From a candidate division FCPU426 bacterium (GTDB lineage: Bacteria; Oederibacteriota; Muellerivitia; Muellerivitales; Muellerivitaceae), in contig CAWCKJ010000008.1 in the NCBI GenBank assembly GCA_963796105.1, forward strand, positions 32,001 through 96,000: a stretch of DNA of 64,000 nucleotides, given 5' to 3'. The notes below the pieces were generated by a model, which was not told the DNA's origin, made no database searches, and saw only the letters and a program-made list of their open reading frames with translations. Positions 40,426 through 49,274 of this stretch are shown here, in pieces (within the stretch, counting starts at the first letter, position 1; the number at the start of each line of letters is the position of its first letter). A program made the translations under genes and the position numbers.

Positions 40426-41454
40426 ATGTCAAAAGACCTGGTATTGGGTATCGAGTCCTCCTGCGATGAGACTTCGGTCGCGGTTGTGGAGGACGCTTAC
40501 CGGGTCCTGTCCAACGAGACGGCCACCCAGATGGACCTCCATGAAAAGTACGGCGGGGTGGTGCCGGAAGTCGCGTCGCGAAGGCACCTGGAGAGCCTGC
40601 CTTTCCTTGTGAAGACGGCCCTGGAACGCGCCCAGGCGCGCTATGAGGATCTTTCCGGAATCGCGGTGACTTCCGCCCCCGGCCTCATTGGGGCCCTTTT
40701 GGTGGGATTCTCCGCCGCAAAGGGTCTGGCCTTGCGTTTGGGAATTCCATTCATTCCAGTTCACCATGTGGAGGCCCACCTTTATGCCGTCCGGTTGGAT
40801 TCCGATCCGATCGAATTCCCGGCGTTGGGGTTGGTCGTCTCAGGCGGCCATACTGAAATCTATCAAATCGAAAGTTGGGGAAATTATCAGCGGCTTGCCG
40901 CTACCAGGGATGACGCGGCGGGCGAGGCCTTTGACAAGGTAGCGAAGCTTTTGGGTTTGGCCTATCCCGGCGGACCCGCTTTGGAGAAACTGGCCAAGAA
41001 TTCGCCCCAGACTCCCGGCCTGTTTTCCTTGTCCAAAATGAAGGATGGGAGCCAGGATTTTTCCTTCAGCGGGGTGAAGACCGCCGTGGCTTTGGATATC
41101 CGGAAAAACCCCCCGAAAAACGACCAGGAAAAAGCAGCCCTCGCTTCCAAGTTCCAAAACACCGTCCTGGCGGAAATCCAGTTGAGGGTCCGCAGGGCAT
41201 TGGTCAGCCTCAGGCCCAAGAGCTTTCTTATGGGCGGGGGGGTGGCCTGCAACCAGGGTCTCAGGGATGTCTTGAAAAAGGAGGCCGAATCGGTCAAGGC
41301 TGTTTTCAGGGTTCCTCCCCTGAAATTCTGCTCGGATAACGCCGCCATGGTCGCGGGACTGGGGGCCTACCGGCTTTCCGAGGGCAAGTTCGCGGCATTA
41401 TCGGCCAACGCCTCAGCCTCTCCTTCCTGCGCATCCCCCTTCTTGTTACAATAA
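40426..41454 (+). CDS. tsaD: tRNA t6A37 threonylcarbamoyltransferase
   Basis: LGIESSCDETS, GGVVPEVASRRH, HHVEAH, VSGGHT, DDAAGEAFDK, DNAAM. Confidence 0.97.
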   Translation: MSKDLVLGIESSCDETSVAVVEDAYRVLSNETATQMDLHEKYGGVVPEVASRRHLESLPFLVKTALERAQARYEDLSGIAVTSAPGLIGALLVGFSAAKGLALRLGIPFIPVHHVEAHLYAVRLDSDPIEFPALGLVVSGGHTEIYQIESWGNYQRLAATRDDAAGEAFDKVAKLLGLAYPGGPALEKLAKNSPQTPGLFSLSKMKDGSQDFSFSGVKTAVALDIRKNPPKNDQEKAALASKFQNTVLAEIQLRVRRALVSLRPKSFLMGGGVACNQGLRDVLKKEAESVKAVFRVPPLKFCSDNAAMVAGLGAYRLSEGKFAALSANASASPSCASPFLLQ

Positions 41455-41458
41455 ATCC

Positions 41459-42139
41459 ATGGCGGATATCCCTTTCACCGATCATTTAGGCACGGTCCTG
41501 CTGCGTTTGGGGCTGGCGGTTCTTTTCTCGGGAATCATCGGCTGGGACCGGGAGCGTCTGCGCAAACCAGCCGGTCTTCGGACCCATGTGCTCGTCGGGG
41601 TCGGTTCGGCACTAATTATGATGGTCTCTGTTTCCATGGTGGACCTCTTCCCGGGGCTTCAAAGGGTGGATCCGGGGCGGATCGCGGCCCAAGTGGTCAC
41701 GGGCATCGGTTTTCTGGGCGCGGGGACCATCCTCCACTTGAAGGAGGGCGTCGTTTCAGGGCTCACCACTGCCGCCACCCTTTGGGTGGTGTCCGGAATC
41801 GGCCTGGCGGTGGGGTGCGGTTTCTACTCCGGCGCGGTCGCGACTACCCTGCTGGTCATGCTGGCCCTATTCCTCATGAACCGGCTGGATGATTACATCG
41901 AGAGCCGCTTGTACCACAACCTCACCATCCACGCGAAGACCAGCAGCCACCTTACCGAGGACGCAAAGCAGATCATGAGGGACAATGGCGTCAAGATCCA
42001 GCGCACTGAGGTCCACTCGCCGAACCCCTCCGAGAAATTCATCGTGATCCATTTCAAACCCATTCCAGTGGCTTCCGGGCAAGGTCTTGGCCGGAGGATC
42101 GAGAGGCTTCCGGGCGTCAAGGAAGTTTCGTTTAATTAA
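41459..42139 (+). CDS. MgtC/SapB family membrane protein
   Basis: AGLRTH, DPGRIAAQVVTGIGFLGAG, GLTTAATLW. Confidence 0.93.
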   Translation: MADIPFTDHLGTVLLRLGLAVLFSGIIGWDRERLRKPAGLRTHVLVGVGSALIMMVSVSMVDLFPGLQRVDPGRIAAQVVTGIGFLGAGTILHLKEGVVSGLTTAATLWVVSGIGLAVGCGFYSGAVATTLLVMLALFLMNRLDDYIESRLYHNLTIHAKTSSHLTEDAKQIMRDNGVKIQRTEVHSPNPSEKFIVIHFKPIPVASGQGLGRRIERLPGVKEVSFN

Positions 42140-42157
42140 AAACCATATAACATATTA

Positions 42158-42461
42158 ACCACAGGTTCCTTCGGAACCACAAAGGGCACTGTAAGGAAAG
42201 AAATTAATATTGACTCAACTTTGGCAAATTTTGAGGACGTTGATTCTTCCCCCTTTGAAAGAGGGGGATTGAGGGGAAGTTAGACTTGTTTTGGGATTTA
42301 GCAAAAACTAATACCCCCCTATCCAACAGCGCTCATAGGGAAAAACCCCTATGTTACCCACAAACCGAAATACCCCTTTTCAAAGGGGGGAATAGCTATC
42401 TAATGTTGAGTATTGAAATATATTAACTGTGTCTCTGTGTGGTGCGAAGCACCGCTGTGGT
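42158..42461. repeat. Nested repeat: ACCACAG/CTGTGGT arms enclosing a CCCCTTTGAAAGGGG-type inverted pair
   Basis: Right arm CTGTG.CTCTGTGTGGTGCGAAGCACC.CTGTGGT recurs at 44646..44680; left arm recurs at 44171 and 44381; inner IR 42247..42270 / 42373..42392. Confidence 0.8.
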
Positions 42462-42492
42462 GAATAAGAATTTTTTCAGGTTCGAGGAACCA

Positions 42493-43593
42493 ATGAGCGT
42501 ATTGCCAAGAACAAATTCATCCGATATTGAGTTGACTCCGGCTCCGGTGTTAACACGTGCGCCCTGGGAAGCCATGGGCGAAGGCGCCAAGGAACTCAAA
42601 CTTGGGAAACTTAGGCTGGATGGACGTGTTTTTCTCGCCCCCATGGCGGGCTATACCGACACGGCTTTCCGAAGGCTGGCCCGGCGGCATGGGGCCGCGC
42701 TGGTGGTGACTGAAATGGTCAGTTCCCGGGCTCTCATTGAGGGAAGCGATAAGACCGGGGACCTTATGGATTTCACGGAGCCGGAAAGGCCCGTGGGAGT
42801 CCAGCTTTTCGGCGGGGACCCCGCCATCATGGGCGAGGCCGCCAAGCGGGTGGTGGAGGAGGTGAATCCCGACCTCATAGACGTGAATTTCGGGTGTCCC
42901 GTGGGAAAAATCCTTAAAAGCGACGCGGGGGCGGCGGTATTGAAAGAGCCACAAAGGGCTGGCTGGATCGTGGCCGCCATGGTGAAGGCTACCGAGGGCA
43001 GGATTCCCATCACAGTGAAGACCCGGGCGGGATTTAATACCGTGGACCAATCGGTTTTCGAGGTGCTGGACGCGGTGGAGCAAGCTGGCGCTTCAGCTCT
43101 CACTGTGCATGCCAGGACCCGCAACCAGATGTTCGAGGGTAAGGCGGATTGGTCCGTTATTTCCCGTTTGAAGGAAAAAGCGAAAATTCCCATTATCGGC
43201 AACGGCGACGTGAGGTCTTCCGAGGACGCCTACCGCCTATTCAGGGAGACCCGATGTGACGGCATCATGATCGGCCGGGGAAGCATGGGATCGCCCTGGA
43301 TCTTCGAGGAAATCAACCATTACCTGGAAACGGGTCAACCCCTCCCAACGCCGTCCTTGAAATTCAGGGTCGGAATGGCGCTGGAACAGTTGAAATGTTC
43401 CCTGGAGGTAAGGGGCCCCCGCATGGGCCTTCTGGAAATGCGGAAACATCTCACCCAGTATTTGAAGGGTTTTCCGGGAGCCAAGGAAACACGCCAAAGG
43501 CTCCTGACTTCCGATGACGCGGATTGGGTGGTGAAATCCTTAACGGAATTCCACGAGTCTTTGCCGGATGAAGATCCGGCCCAACCGGTCTGA
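42493..43593 (+). CDS. dusB: tRNA dihydrouridine synthase
   Basis: LAPMAG, TEMVS, QLFG, NFGCP, HART, GNGDV, MIGRG, MRKH; ATG 42493 behind GAGG. Confidence 0.92.
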   Translation: MSVLPRTNSSDIELTPAPVLTRAPWEAMGEGAKELKLGKLRLDGRVFLAPMAGYTDTAFRRLARRHGAALVVTEMVSSRALIEGSDKTGDLMDFTEPERPVGVQLFGGDPAIMGEAAKRVVEEVNPDLIDVNFGCPVGKILKSDAGAAVLKEPQRAGWIVAAMVKATEGRIPITVKTRAGFNTVDQSVFEVLDAVEQAGASALTVHARTRNQMFEGKADWSVISRLKEKAKIPIIGNGDVRSSEDAYRLFRETRCDGIMIGRGSMGSPWIFEEINHYLETGQPLPTPSLKFRVGMALEQLKCSLEVRGPRMGLLEMRKHLTQYLKGFPGAKETRQRLLTSDDADWVVKSLTEFHESLPDEDPAQPV

Positions 43594-44149
43594 CCCCTTG
43601 GAATCCTTCCTCTACTCCCTCGATGTTTCGGTTTTCCGCTGGATCAACGCTGGCTGGTCCTGCCCCATCCTGGATTCATTTTTCGCGTTCATCACCGACA
43701 TGCGGCATTTTTATATCATCCTGATTCCTTGGGCGGTTTATCTTCTGATCTGGGGAAAAGCCAAGGGCCGCTGGTTGGTTTTAAGCCTGGCGGTAGCCAT
43801 ACTTCTTTCCGACCAGGGTTCCAGCCACTTCATCAAGTTCCTGGTGAAAAGGATCAGGCCTTGTAACGCCCTGCCGGGAGTCCTGACCCCCGCCGGGACC
43901 AGCTCGGCTTTCTCCTTTCCTTCCAGCCACGCTTCCAACATGGGGTCCGCTGGAATTTTATTATCCATGGCTTTCAAACCCTGGACCTGGTTGTTTGTCC
44001 TTATCGCCCTCCTCGTGGGCCTTTCCAGGATTTATTTGGGGCTCCATTATCCCTCGGATGTCCTGGGGGGGTATGTTTTTGGAATCCTGGTGGGTTTCTT
44101 GGTCAGGTGGGGAATCAACAAGTTGAAGATGAAGCTGGGAAAAGAATAA
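43568..44149 (+). CDS. PAP2 phosphatase (undecaprenyl-PP phosphatase-like)
   Basis: KFLVKRIRP, SFPSSH, SRIYLGLHYPSDV. Confidence 0.92.
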   Translation: MKIRPNRSDPLESFLYSLDVSVFRWINAGWSCPILDSFFAFITDMRHFYIILIPWAVYLLIWGKAKGRWLVLSLAVAILLSDQGSSHFIKFLVKRIRPCNALPGVLTPAGTSSAFSFPSSHASNMGSAGILLSMAFKPWTWLFVLIALLVGLSRIYLGLHYPSDVLGGYVFGILVGFLVRWGINKLKMKLGKE

Positions 44150-44170
44150 GAACTTCTAAAAAAAGGCTTT

Positions 44171-44680
44171 CACCACAGGCTGCCTTTGGCAGCGCACAGA
44201 GGCACAGCATTAATACCTTATAATACTAGGATCATAGACCTCCGAATTAAATAAAATCCAGTTTGTAAAGATAAGTAAAATCAGGATTCTAAAAGACGTT
44301 AAACAAAACCAAGTCTTTTGCCACGGATTCAGGGGATGCAGGGGGATAGCTACAAACAGATTCAACATAAACTACATTACACCACAGGTTTCTTTGAAAC
44401 CACAGTGTACACGGTTACAAAGCTAACAACTAAATTGGGGAATTAGCTTCAGATCATGACAAGGGCTAAGCCCTTGCGCCCGATGGGCGTTATGGTCAAG
44501 CCTGCGGACCGTGGAAAAATTAATTTTTCCATCGACCGTCAGTTGGACCATAGACCATGATCAAAATGCGTTTTAAATCCCATGAATCCCATGCATCTGT
44601 GGCTAGAGTCTATTTTGGAAAGATTTGTATTAGGATATTTCTTTACTGTGACTCTGTGTGGTGCGAAGCACCACTGTGGT
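44171..44680. repeat. Multiply nested palindromic repeat R2
   Basis: ACCACAG-type arms outside, GCCACGGAT-type arms 44320..44604 inside, inner module 44491..44552 matching the reverse complement of the R1 inner module. Confidence 0.85.
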
Positions 44681-44712
44681 TGAGTGAAGTTTTTTAAATT
44701 AAGGATTTAATT

Positions 44713-45627
44713 ATGCCTTCAAAAGATAACGAAAAAAACGCGGTTCAGCCTTCCACCCTTTATCTGGTAGGCACTCCCATCGGTAACTTGGAGGACATGA
44801 CCTTCCGGGCCCTGAAAACCCTCAAGGAAGTATCCCTTGTCGCGGCGGAAGATACCCGCAATAGCCTGAGGCTCATGACCCACTTCGGGATCAAACCCAA
44901 GAAGCTTATTTCCTGTTTTGAGCATAATGAGACGAAGCGGGTGGATGAGATTTTGAAGACCTTGGGGGAAGGGGGTTCGGTGGCCCTCGTGACGGACGCG
45001 GGAATGCCGGGAATCTCCGACCCGGGTTATTTGGTGGTGAAAGCCGTGTTGGGAAAGGGTTTTAGCGTCGTGCCAGTTCCAGGGGCATCGGCTCTTTTAG
45101 CGCTTTTGCCCGCTTCCGGTTTCCAGGCTTCTCCCTTCACTTTTATCGGGTTTTTACCTTCCAAGCCTGCTGAGCGTATGACGGCCCTGACCCAGATTCG
45201 TTCCGAGGAAAGAACACTCGTCTTTTTCGAGTCGCCCCACCGTTTGAGGGAAAGCCTGAAGGACATGATGAATGTTTTTGGCAACCGCCAAGCGGTCGTG
45301 GGAAGGGAACTCACCAAACTGCATGAGGAATTCATCCGGGGAACGCTTCAGGAACTTTGGAAGCATTTCAAGGCCAAGGCCCCAATAGGGGAATTTACCG
45401 TGGTTGTGGAGGGTGGTGAACGGATCGACCATTCCGACCAGGAAAAATGGGTGGGGGTTTCCATTGAGGACCAGCTCATCCAGTTTATGAACGAGGGGCA
45501 TTCCAAAACTGAGGCCGTCAAGGCCGTCTGCCGTATGCGCGATTTGCCCCGCGAGGTGGTTTATAAGATCGCAACGGAGATCAAATGGGAAGGGAAGGAA
45601 GAGCAACAGCCGGAAGCGCAAGAATGA
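44713..45627 (+). CDS. rsmI: 16S rRNA C1402 2'-O-methyltransferase
   Basis: LYLVGTPIGNLED, AEDTR, DAGMPGISDPG, FESPHRL, RELTKLHEE. Confidence 0.97.
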   Translation: MPSKDNEKNAVQPSTLYLVGTPIGNLEDMTFRALKTLKEVSLVAAEDTRNSLRLMTHFGIKPKKLISCFEHNETKRVDEILKTLGEGGSVALVTDAGMPGISDPGYLVVKAVLGKGFSVVPVPGASALLALLPASGFQASPFTFIGFLPSKPAERMTALTQIRSEERTLVFFESPHRLRESLKDMMNVFGNRQAVVGRELTKLHEEFIRGTLQELWKHFKAKAPIGEFTVVVEGGERIDHSDQEKWVGVSIEDQLIQFMNEGHSKTEAVKAVCRMRDLPREVVYKIATEIKWEGKEEQQPEAQE

Positions 45628-45741
45628 CTCGTCGGAAGGATTAGATTGGTATGAAAGAAAACCAAAATATCGAATGGAAAACATCATGGCGGGACGAGTT
45701 CCTGAAATGGATATGCGGTTTCGCCAACGCCGATGGCGGGA
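45481..45741 (+). repeat. rsmI 3'-end repeat, copy A (rsmI tail + start of next gene)
   Basis: Matches 47088..47348 (offset 1607) and, over the rsmI part, 48568..48689. Confidence 0.95.
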
Positions 45742-47063
45742 GGCTGATTATCGGCCGTGATGATCATGGCCGCGTCACCGGTGTTGAGGACGTTGAGAAA
45801 CTCCTGGTGGATATTCCCAACAAGGTTCGCGACATCATGGGCATCATGGTGATGGTGAACCACCGCAAAAAAGCCGGGAAAGATTATTTGGAAATCGTAG
45901 TGGAACCCCACCTCTATCCTGTGAATTACAAGGGTGAATACTTCACTCGGAGTGGGAGTACCCTTCAAACTCTAAAGGGTGCGGCATTGGACCGTTTTCT
46001 TCTCCGAAAGCAAGGGAAGCATTGGGATGCAATACCGGTGGTTCACGCCTGGGTTGGGGATTTGGCCCGCGTAACGATCAACGAATTCCGAAAACGCGCC
46101 CGCGAGAGCCGGCGCCTGGAACCGGCAATACTCAAGGAACCGGCGCAAGGCCTTATCGAAAAACTACACCTTCTGGATGGAAAACATCTCAAGAAGGCGG
46201 CTGTGCTGTTGTTCCACCCCGATCCGGAGAATTTCGTCACCGGAGCCTTCGTTAAAATCGGTTTTTTCCGCACCAACGACGATCTTCTTTACCATGACGA
46301 GATTCACGGTGACCTTTTCAGCCAGGTGGACAAGACCCTGGAACTGCTTACAACCAAATACTTAAAGGCAGGCATCAGCTATCGGGGCGTGCAGAGGGTG
46401 GAGACGCTGCCCGTACCCGATGCCGCCTTAAGGGAGGCGGTCCTCAACGCGGTTATCCACAAGGACTACGCGAGCGGCACTCCCATCCAGATCAGCGTTT
46501 ATGACGACAAGCTGATGATTTGGAATCCCGGCGAACTGCCCCCCGCTTGGACGGTAGCGAAACTCAAAAGTAAGCATTCTTCCAAGCCTTTCAACCCCGA
46601 TGTGGCCAACGCCTTTTTTCGGGCGGGAATGATCGAGGCCTGGGGCCGGGGCATCGAACGCATTTTGGGTGCCTGCCGGGACGCTGGGTTCAGTGAGCCC
46701 CGGTTCGAATATGAGCATACCGGCCTTTGGGTGGAATTCCGGTTCTCCAAGGAAATCGTTAAAAAGAGTTTCGAACACCAGCCAGGGTTGGGGCTAGAGT
46801 CGAGGCTAGAGTCGAGGCTAGAGTCGAGGCTAGAGTCGTTGGAACAACGCGCGCTTAAGGCATTGTGGAAAAATCCTTTGGGCAAAGGTGCCCTTGCGAA
46901 GGTATTGGGACAGAAACAGGCTTCAGGCGGACTTCATAACGCTATTCGGCGGCTTTTGGAAAAACATTTTATTGAGCGCACCATTCCCGGCAAGCCCAAC
47001 AGCCGTTTGCAGGAATACCGCGTCACTGAAGAAGGAAAGACCTATTTGTCATCGAAAAGCTAA
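45651..47063 (+). CDS. Schlafen/AlbA_2 + HATPase_c_4 + C-terminal HTH protein
   Basis: ENQNIEWK..ICGFANADGG, LREAVLNAVIHKDY, IWNPG, NPDVANAF, IEAWGRG, PNSRLQEY. Confidence 0.85.
   Translation: MKENQNIEWKTSWRDEFLKWICGFANADGGRLIIGRDDHGRVTGVEDVEKLLVDIPNKVRDIMGIMVMVNHRKKAGKDYLEIVVEPHLYPVNYKGEYFTRSGSTLQTLKGAALDRFLLRKQGKHWDAIPVVHAWVGDLARVTINEFRKRARESRRLEPAILKEPAQGLIEKLHLLDGKHLKKAAVLLFHPDPENFVTGAFVKIGFFRTNDDLLYHDEIHGDLFSQVDKTLELLTTKYLKAGISYRGVQRVETLPVPDAALREAVLNAVIHKDYASGTPIQISVYDDKLMIWNPGELPPAWTVAKLKSKHSSKPFNPDVANAFFRAGMIEAWGRGIERILGACRDAGFSEPRFEYEHTGLWVEFRFSKEIVKKSFEHQPGLGLESRLESRLESRLESLEQRALKALWKNPLGKGALAKVLGQKQASGGLHNAIRRLLEKHFIERTIPGKPNSRLQEYRVTEEGKTYLSSKS
46792..46838 (+). repeat. 12-bp in-frame tandem repeat, ~3.9 copies
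   Basis: (GGCTAGAGTCGA)n encoding LESR repeats. Confidence 0.95.
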
Positions 47064-47348
47064 GATGTTGGTTAGTGGACGCTGGTGCAGTTTATGAACG
47101 AGGGGCATTCCAAGACCGAGGCCGTCAAGGCTGTCTGCCGAATGCGCGGCTTGCCCCGCGAGGTGGTCTATAAGATCGCGACAGAGATTAAGTGGGAAGG
47201 GAAGGAAGAGCAACAGCCGGAAGCGCAAGAATGACTCGTCGGAAGGATTAGATTGGTATGAAAGAAAACCAAAATATCGAATGGAAAACATCATGGCGGG
47301 ACGAGTTCCTGAAATGGATATGCGGTTTCGCCAACGCCGATGGCGGGA
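47055..47348 (+). repeat. rsmI 3'-end repeat, copy B (mosaic)
   Basis: 5' part nearly identical to copy C, 3' part identical to copy A; switch within TGGGAAGGGAAGGAAGA. Confidence 0.95.
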
Positions 47349-47392
47349 AGCTTTTGATCGAATTGATGCTGAGCGGGAGTGGAACAGTATGA
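47258..47392 (+). pseudogene. 44-codon N-terminal fragment of the AlbA_2 gene
   Basis: MKENQNIEWKTSWRDEFLKWICGFANADGGKLLIELMLSGSGTV*; stop overlaps the next ATG. Confidence 0.75.
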
Positions 47393-48447
47393 GGAAAACG
47401 CGGAAAAATATTTTGAAAAATAACCAGCTTGCCGACGGGTACAAGACTTTGCTTGCGGAGGTGAAAAAGCGTGTTCGGGACGCCCAATACCAAGCCCTCA
47501 AGGCCGTCAACAAGGAATTAATCGGTCTTTATTGGGACATCGGTCAAATGATCCATGAACGCCAGAAAGGGAAGACTTGGGGTAAAGCCGTCGTCCCCCG
47601 GTTGGCGTCGGATCTTCAAAAGGAATTCCCCGGAATCAGCGGTTTTTCTTCCCAGAATTTATGGCGCATGCGGCAGTTTTACGAAACCTACCGGTTAAAG
47701 CCAAAACTCTCACCATTGGTGAGAGAAATTGGTTGGACGCACAATGTCATCATAATGATGCATTGCAAGGACGCGTTGGAGTGTGAGTTTTATATCCGCA
47801 TGACCCGAAAATACGGGTGGTCCAAGAACGTCCTGGCTTTGAAGATTGACGCAAAAACATACGAAAGCACCCTTTTGAATCAAACGAACTTCAATAAAAC
47901 CCTACCTGAGAAAATCCGGAACCAAGCTAAGCTGGCCGTGAAGGACGAATACACCTTCGATTTCCTGGAATTGGGGGAAGAACACGCTGAGCGTGAATTG
48001 GAGGCGGCGATCTTATCGAAAGTTGAAAAGTTCCTGGCCGAGATGGGCGGTAAATTCGCTTTTATGGGGAGTCAGTACCGGCTGGAAGTCGGGGAAAAAG
48101 AATATTTCATCGACTTGCTTCTTTACCACCGGGGCCTTAAATGCCTGGTGGCTTTGGAATTGAAAGTGGGCGAGTTCAAGCCCGAGTACGTTGGGAAGAT
48201 GCAGTTTTACCTGGCGGCCCTGGATGGTAAAACGCGTATTAAGGGGGAAAACCCTTCCATTGGCATGATCCTTTGCAGGACTAAGGACAGGGCCATCGTG
48301 GAATACGCTCTCAAGGAAAGCAGGAAGCCCATAGGGGTCGCTGCCTACCGCATAGTCCACAAACTACCGAAAAATCTGGCCGGCCATCTGCCCGATCCTG
48401 CCCAGGTCGAGAAAATGCTCATGAAGATAGACGATGGGGGCGGGTGA
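47389..48447 (+). CDS. YhcG/DUF1016 PD-(D/E)XK nuclease-family protein
   Basis: VNKELIGLYWDIG, GFSSQNLWRMRQFY, KDEYTFDFL, IDLLLYH, ELK, GKMQFYL. The ORF-track extension to 47281 is an alternative frame of the repeat. Confidence 0.9.
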   Translation: MRKTRKNILKNNQLADGYKTLLAEVKKRVRDAQYQALKAVNKELIGLYWDIGQMIHERQKGKTWGKAVVPRLASDLQKEFPGISGFSSQNLWRMRQFYETYRLKPKLSPLVREIGWTHNVIIMMHCKDALECEFYIRMTRKYGWSKNVLALKIDAKTYESTLLNQTNFNKTLPEKIRNQAKLAVKDEYTFDFLELGEEHAERELEAAILSKVEKFLAEMGGKFAFMGSQYRLEVGEKEYFIDLLLYHRGLKCLVALELKVGEFKPEYVGKMQFYLAALDGKTRIKGENPSIGMILCRTKDRAIVEYALKESRKPIGVAAYRIVHKLPKNLAGHLPDPAQVEKMLMKIDDGGG

Positions 48448-48534
48448 TTCCGTGAAACAGCGAGAGATGTTTTCGCAAGGGGAATAGTCAAAACCCATCG
48501 ACCCTTCGATAAACTCTGAACCATAAAGCTCTTT

Positions 48535-48711
48535 AAAAGCTAAGATATCGTTTAGTGGATGCTGGTCCAGTTCATAAAAGAGGGGCATTCCAAGACCGAG
48601 GCCGTCAAGGCTGTCTGCCGAATGCGCGGCTTGCCCCGCGAGGTGGTCTATAAGATCGCGACAGAGATTAAGTGGGAAGGGAAGGAAGAAAACCAGGCAG
48701 ACGTGGATTAG
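48535..48711 (+). pseudogene. rsmI 3'-end repeat, copy C (orphan C-terminus with its own tail and stop)
   Basis: Reads QFIKEGHSKTEAVKAVCRMRGLPREVVYKIATEIKWEGKEENQADVD*. Confidence 0.9.
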
Positions 48712-48842
48712 CAGGCTGCTGAAAAAGTAAAAAATAGGCCCACAAAGCAGCCTGCGACCCCAAAGATTCCGCAGGAATCGTAGGGTTTCCAAAAATGTCA
48801 TCAGCTGAAAAAGTCCGTTTTGGGGACTTTTTTAGCAACCTG
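48712..48842. mobile_element. 131-bp MITE with TTAG target duplication
   Basis: IRs CAGGCTGCTGAAAAAGT / ACTTTTTTAGCAACCTG; TTAG at 48708-48711 and 48843-48846. Confidence 0.8.
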
Positions 48843-48927
48843 TTAGGGCCAAGCCTTGAAAATGACGCAAGTGATGAAAAAAGATTTGAAGAAAAAACTG
48901 TGATGCCGATTTCAAGACCTGACCTTT

Positions 48928-49273
48928 GTGTCTGTTAAAGGGAAAATTAGGGGGAAGCATCACCATGAGGCGCACAGGGAACAACAGAAATTGGGCTTGC
49001 CGGATGCCGAGGAAACGCTGAAAAAGATCGGGAAAATGCATGGGATTATGGTGAAAGATATGGTGGTTCCGACCCGGCGGAAAAACGAAGGGCGGGAAGC
49101 GGCGGTATGGGCCTTGCGTCAGATATGCCGATTAAGTTTAGGGGAAGTGGCAAAGAAGATGGGGGTAAAATACTCTGCGGTAAGCCATGGGGTGGCAAGG
49201 ATGAAGAAACGCATTCGTGAGGAAAAGGGTCTTGAGGAAAAGATTCGTAATGCCGTTTTCAAGACCTGACCCT
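48928..49273 (+). pseudogene. C-terminal HTH remnant of a probable RAYT/IS200-like transposase
   Basis: REAAVWALRQICRLSLGEVAKKMGVKYSAVSHGV HTH; TTCAAGACCTGACC at the ORF end and again at ~48911-48924; no HUH domain visible. Confidence 0.55.
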
Positions 49274-49274
49274 A

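Noticed and set aside
40098..44680. CRISPR array
   Set aside because: Repeats are nested inverted arms without regular repeat-spacer periodicity; no cas genes.
47281..47388. N-terminal extension of YhcG in the ORF track
   Set aside because: It is an alternative frame of the duplicated AlbA_2 gene start; ATG 47389 fits better.
45481..48711. Classical integron or prophage
   Set aside because: No integrase, no attC-type hairpins with RYYYAAC/GTTRRRY ends recognised, no phage genes.
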